Below are positions 60,802-64,000 of a DNA stretch of 64,000 nucleotides, one piece after another. The notes beneath the pieces were generated by a model that made no database searches, was not told the DNA's origin, and was given only the letters and a program-made list of their open reading frames with translations. Position 1 is the first letter of the stretch. Every line of letters starts with the position of its first letter. The DNA lies in the NCBI GenBank assembly GCA_036785375.1, contig JAWMAR010000070.1, positions 7,068,001 to 7,132,000 of the forward strand. Direction: 5' to 3'. The position numbers and the translations under genes are program-made. The DNA comes from Leucoraja ocellata. Lineage: Eukaryota.

Positions 60802-63800
60802 TGATGAAGCCGAATTTTAGTTAAAAATATAAGAAGATATTAAATTGGCTTCTGGGCTAGCTTACAGCTTATATTTAGTGTCAAATTAAACTTTCCTCAG
60901 GTTGCGGGGTGTGTGAGATAACATTGTCTCCCAAGTGAAGGAGCTAGAGAGATATCTTTGAAAGTAAGATGCCATAAACGAAATGACCAATGTTTATGGG
61001 GGAGGAGGCAATAAAGGAAGAGAGAAATAAACAGTCACATCTTTGTAAACAAATGACCTATGTTTATGAGGGACCAAATGACAGAGGAAGCAGCGAAAAG
61101 AGCTAGGGTGGTCTATTTGGAGATAAGGCAAATGGCCAATGTTTTTAGTATATCTTGTACCATGTAAAAAAAAGGTTTGATGTGATGCATTCTGTGGAAA
61201 CCTTTTCCAGTACCTCTGACCATGACTAATGTCTGTGGAATGTGATAAGGGGACAAAAAAACCCTATTTAAGGCAATGTAATTCTGTTGTTAAGGGGAGG
61301 TGGCTGAGCACAGTCAAGTGTCTGTGTTGGTCACTTGACTGGAGTTCTCGCTCCCTTCCATCGGCTGATGTTAAGTAAAGTTTTGAACTGGTCTACCAAA
61401 CAGTTTGTGTGGTGTCTGTTTATTAAGAAGCGAACCTAGTTTAGTAGTTAAGATAAGTAACTTTTTCATTGGCCTAGTTATGCAGGCCTCGCTGGGACCA
61501 CATCAACGGCTGACTGTGCAAGAGGTTGCGGAGGTTGCCGGGATTGGAAGGGAGATAACTGAGCTCTATCGGCCCCCTTGTAAGACCGACTCCCTAGAAA
61601 CTCCCGGGAACGTCTGTGATCCTTCATCAGACATTGAATTGGTTCCCTGCCGAGGTTCTTAGCAACAGACAAAGGTCAGACCAGTTGGGCTTTATATGTT
61701 TTTTTTAAGAGGGGATTGTGTATGTATTTTTAAGGCAGCATTGTGCATGTATTTTTAAGAAAGGTCTTATGTATATTGTTAAGAAGGACGTGAGTGGTTC
61801 CTCTCTCTCTCTCTGTCTATCTCTCTTTGTTTTTTTCTCTCTCTACTAAGGGCTCATCAGCCTTGTTGAGATATCCGTGATTTGTCGGGTTGAGATACGG
61901 GGGTTGAAGTGTGTGTCTGGCTTATTGAGACATCCGAAGAGTTGTCGGGTTGAGAAATAAGTGACGTTGTATATTACAGTATTAAGAAGTCTACCAAGTT
62001 GAAAAAAACTGGGGTCTCGGTTAGCGGGTCTGCTTCGTTGAGACACTTGGGTCGTATATTAAAGAGTTAAAAAAGTCAGCCAAATTGAGAAACTGGGGTC
62101 TCATTTAGTGGGTCGGCCTGGTTGATATATTTGGAACGATTCGGAATTAAGAAGTCTGTTTTCTCTCTCTCTCTTTCTATCTATCTATGGGGAATGCTAT
62201 TGATACCGGTCCTATATATGTGTTATTTGAATCCTATGTATAATAAGAAATTTAGAATGTTAAGTTACAAGTTGACCAAATGGTTAGGGGATGAAGCCTG
62301 GCCAGTAGGGGGCACATGGAATGTTGAGACAATTAAATAAGCAGAGGTGTTGATATGGGAAAGGAAGACAGGAAAGAAATGGAAGAAAGGAATTAAAACA
62401 TGGAAATCAGGAACAGAGGAGAAGCATGAGGAGAGTAGAGTTCGAAGTTGGATGGATACTACATGTAAGAAGGGGATAGAGTAGGTATGTTACAAAACTT
62501 ACCTGAATCGTCAATGAGAATCTGCCATCAGGCCGTGTGCGTGATTTTGGCGCTGTTTAGAGGAGACAGGTTTAAAACGAGATTTTTACTAGGCTGTTGC
62601 AATCGAAAATGTTCAGCCTAGTAAATCATTAACGGAGAATCGCTGGGGGACCCCGTCGCAAAGGGTGTTATTGGTTTTTATGGCCTTGTATGGTGGTTGT
62701 AGTAGTTTGGAGGTCACTCTCTAGATCCGCGACCTCTCGCAGGCCCAGGGTTTTATAAAGCAAACAATTAAAGGTATGTACCTTATTTTCACATTAAAAG
62801 GGGCTTCTTAAGAACCTTAAAGTTTTCTATAGCGAGTAGCTCATTTTGGGCTTTTTATATCCCGCAGTATTTTTCTGGGCATTTGAGGGCACAAATCCAG
62901 CGCAATGTGAACGTTCTAAACCAGCGCATTCACAGGAACCCACTAGAAAGCAGATTTAAAATAGACTTTAATTTACAGCAATTGAACACTAAATTCCTTC
63001 CATTTGGCCTATAAATTGATGTAAATGAGATTTAAAAATCATGTTTTATTGTGAATTATTTGTGACTATTATTTGGACACTTAGGCTATTTAAAAATGTT
63101 AATCATTTATTAAGAAATGGATAGATGTTTGGATCTAGTAATTGAAGTTTGAAATTAGCTACAATTGGGTAACTAACTAATTATATGCTTTAATTTCAGG
63201 TCATCCAAGTAAGATTATTTTATATTTGTTTCAGAATGCTTCAATCTATGATAACTGAAAATTTCATTCAGTTCTCTTAATTTTTAAGAAGGTTATGGGC
63301 TTTTGACTGTCCATGATCACAGTTTTTTTGTTATGTCCATAGAAAATCAATAGGGAACAAGATGCTAATTCCCGAGTATGAAAATGGCCATAATTCTTTT
63401 ATTACTTGAGATATGAAAGTGAATTAGGTGTCAAATTAAACTTATTGTTATGCTTTATCTGATGGGATAAATTGCAGACTTGATTTTTTAAATCTCACAA
63501 TTTTGTAACATTGCTAGATAGAGTTAAGAAACAAGGATAGCACTCGGAAAGGATGGAAATTAGTGCAACTAGAATGCCAGTGGGCAGAGGAACAAGAGAA
63601 TAGAATTAAAAGACAGACAGGAGGTGAGAAACAAGTGATGGTTCGTAAAAAATAAACCCAGTACTGGTAAATCCTCTGGAGGAGACTTCATGTCTGGCAC
63701 GACAACCCTATTTGGTAATGAAGATGAGGAGTTAGATAATCTTGAGAGATGTCTACCAGTAGCAATGGCATCTTTACCTGGGACAGTTCCGTCAGTAACA

Positions 63801-64000
63801 TCCCTATAACTTGAAGTTCTGACATTACAAAGCTCCCCAGGATTGGGAGCACGGGAATCCCTTTCTGTGTGTAATTTGTTAAGGCATTGATGCTACCAGA
63901 ACAGCTGGTCATTATTAAATGTACTGCACACACTGGTGCTGGGGACCCTATAGCAAAAGGCAATGAGTTGCCGATAGTGTATCCAAACAGGCAGCCTGTA
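60802..64000 (+). mobile_element. Duplicate of the ERV (5' LTR 60802-61468), running off the window end
   Basis: Same 5' flank and GTGT junction as 2725, so it was copied by segmental duplication rather than by new integration. Confidence 0.9.

Larger units (their letters stand above)
57082..64000 (+). repeat. Segmental duplicate of window positions 1-5923
   Basis: Colinear near-identity with offsets 57081, 57122 and 58077. These are explained by a 41-bp indel and a 955-bp LINE insertion. Confidence 0.95.

Overview
This is repeat-rich vertebrate DNA. The CR1, Rex1, tRNA-SINE and palindromic repeats resemble those of a cartilaginous fish such as a skate or ray, though that is my inference. 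The main content is a tandem and inverted array of eight paralogous genes that I cannot assign to a named family. Each encodes a small, apparently secreted precursor: a signal peptide, a ~25-aa propeptide ending in R-x-P-R|Q, and one four-cysteine V-type immunoglobulin domain that stops at the G strand. Three are basic type A copies on the minus strand, four are type B copies on the plus strand, and one is a frameshifted acidic type C copy. Every copy lies behind a near-identical promoter and first exon containing TATAAAA, a CCAAT box and a perfect ER-stress response element (CCAAT-N9-CCACG). Type A copies also carry a UPRE (TGACGTGG). The leader and promoter are homogenised, while the Ig loops are hypervariable. 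The window also holds a decayed class I-like endogenous retrovirus as an LTR-int-LTR-int-LTR tandem (2725-14757) with a nested MITE, a decayed Gypsy element, CR1 and Rex1 LINE pieces, SINEs and Helitron-like ends. A ~57-kb higher-order duplication repeats the window start at 57082-64000.
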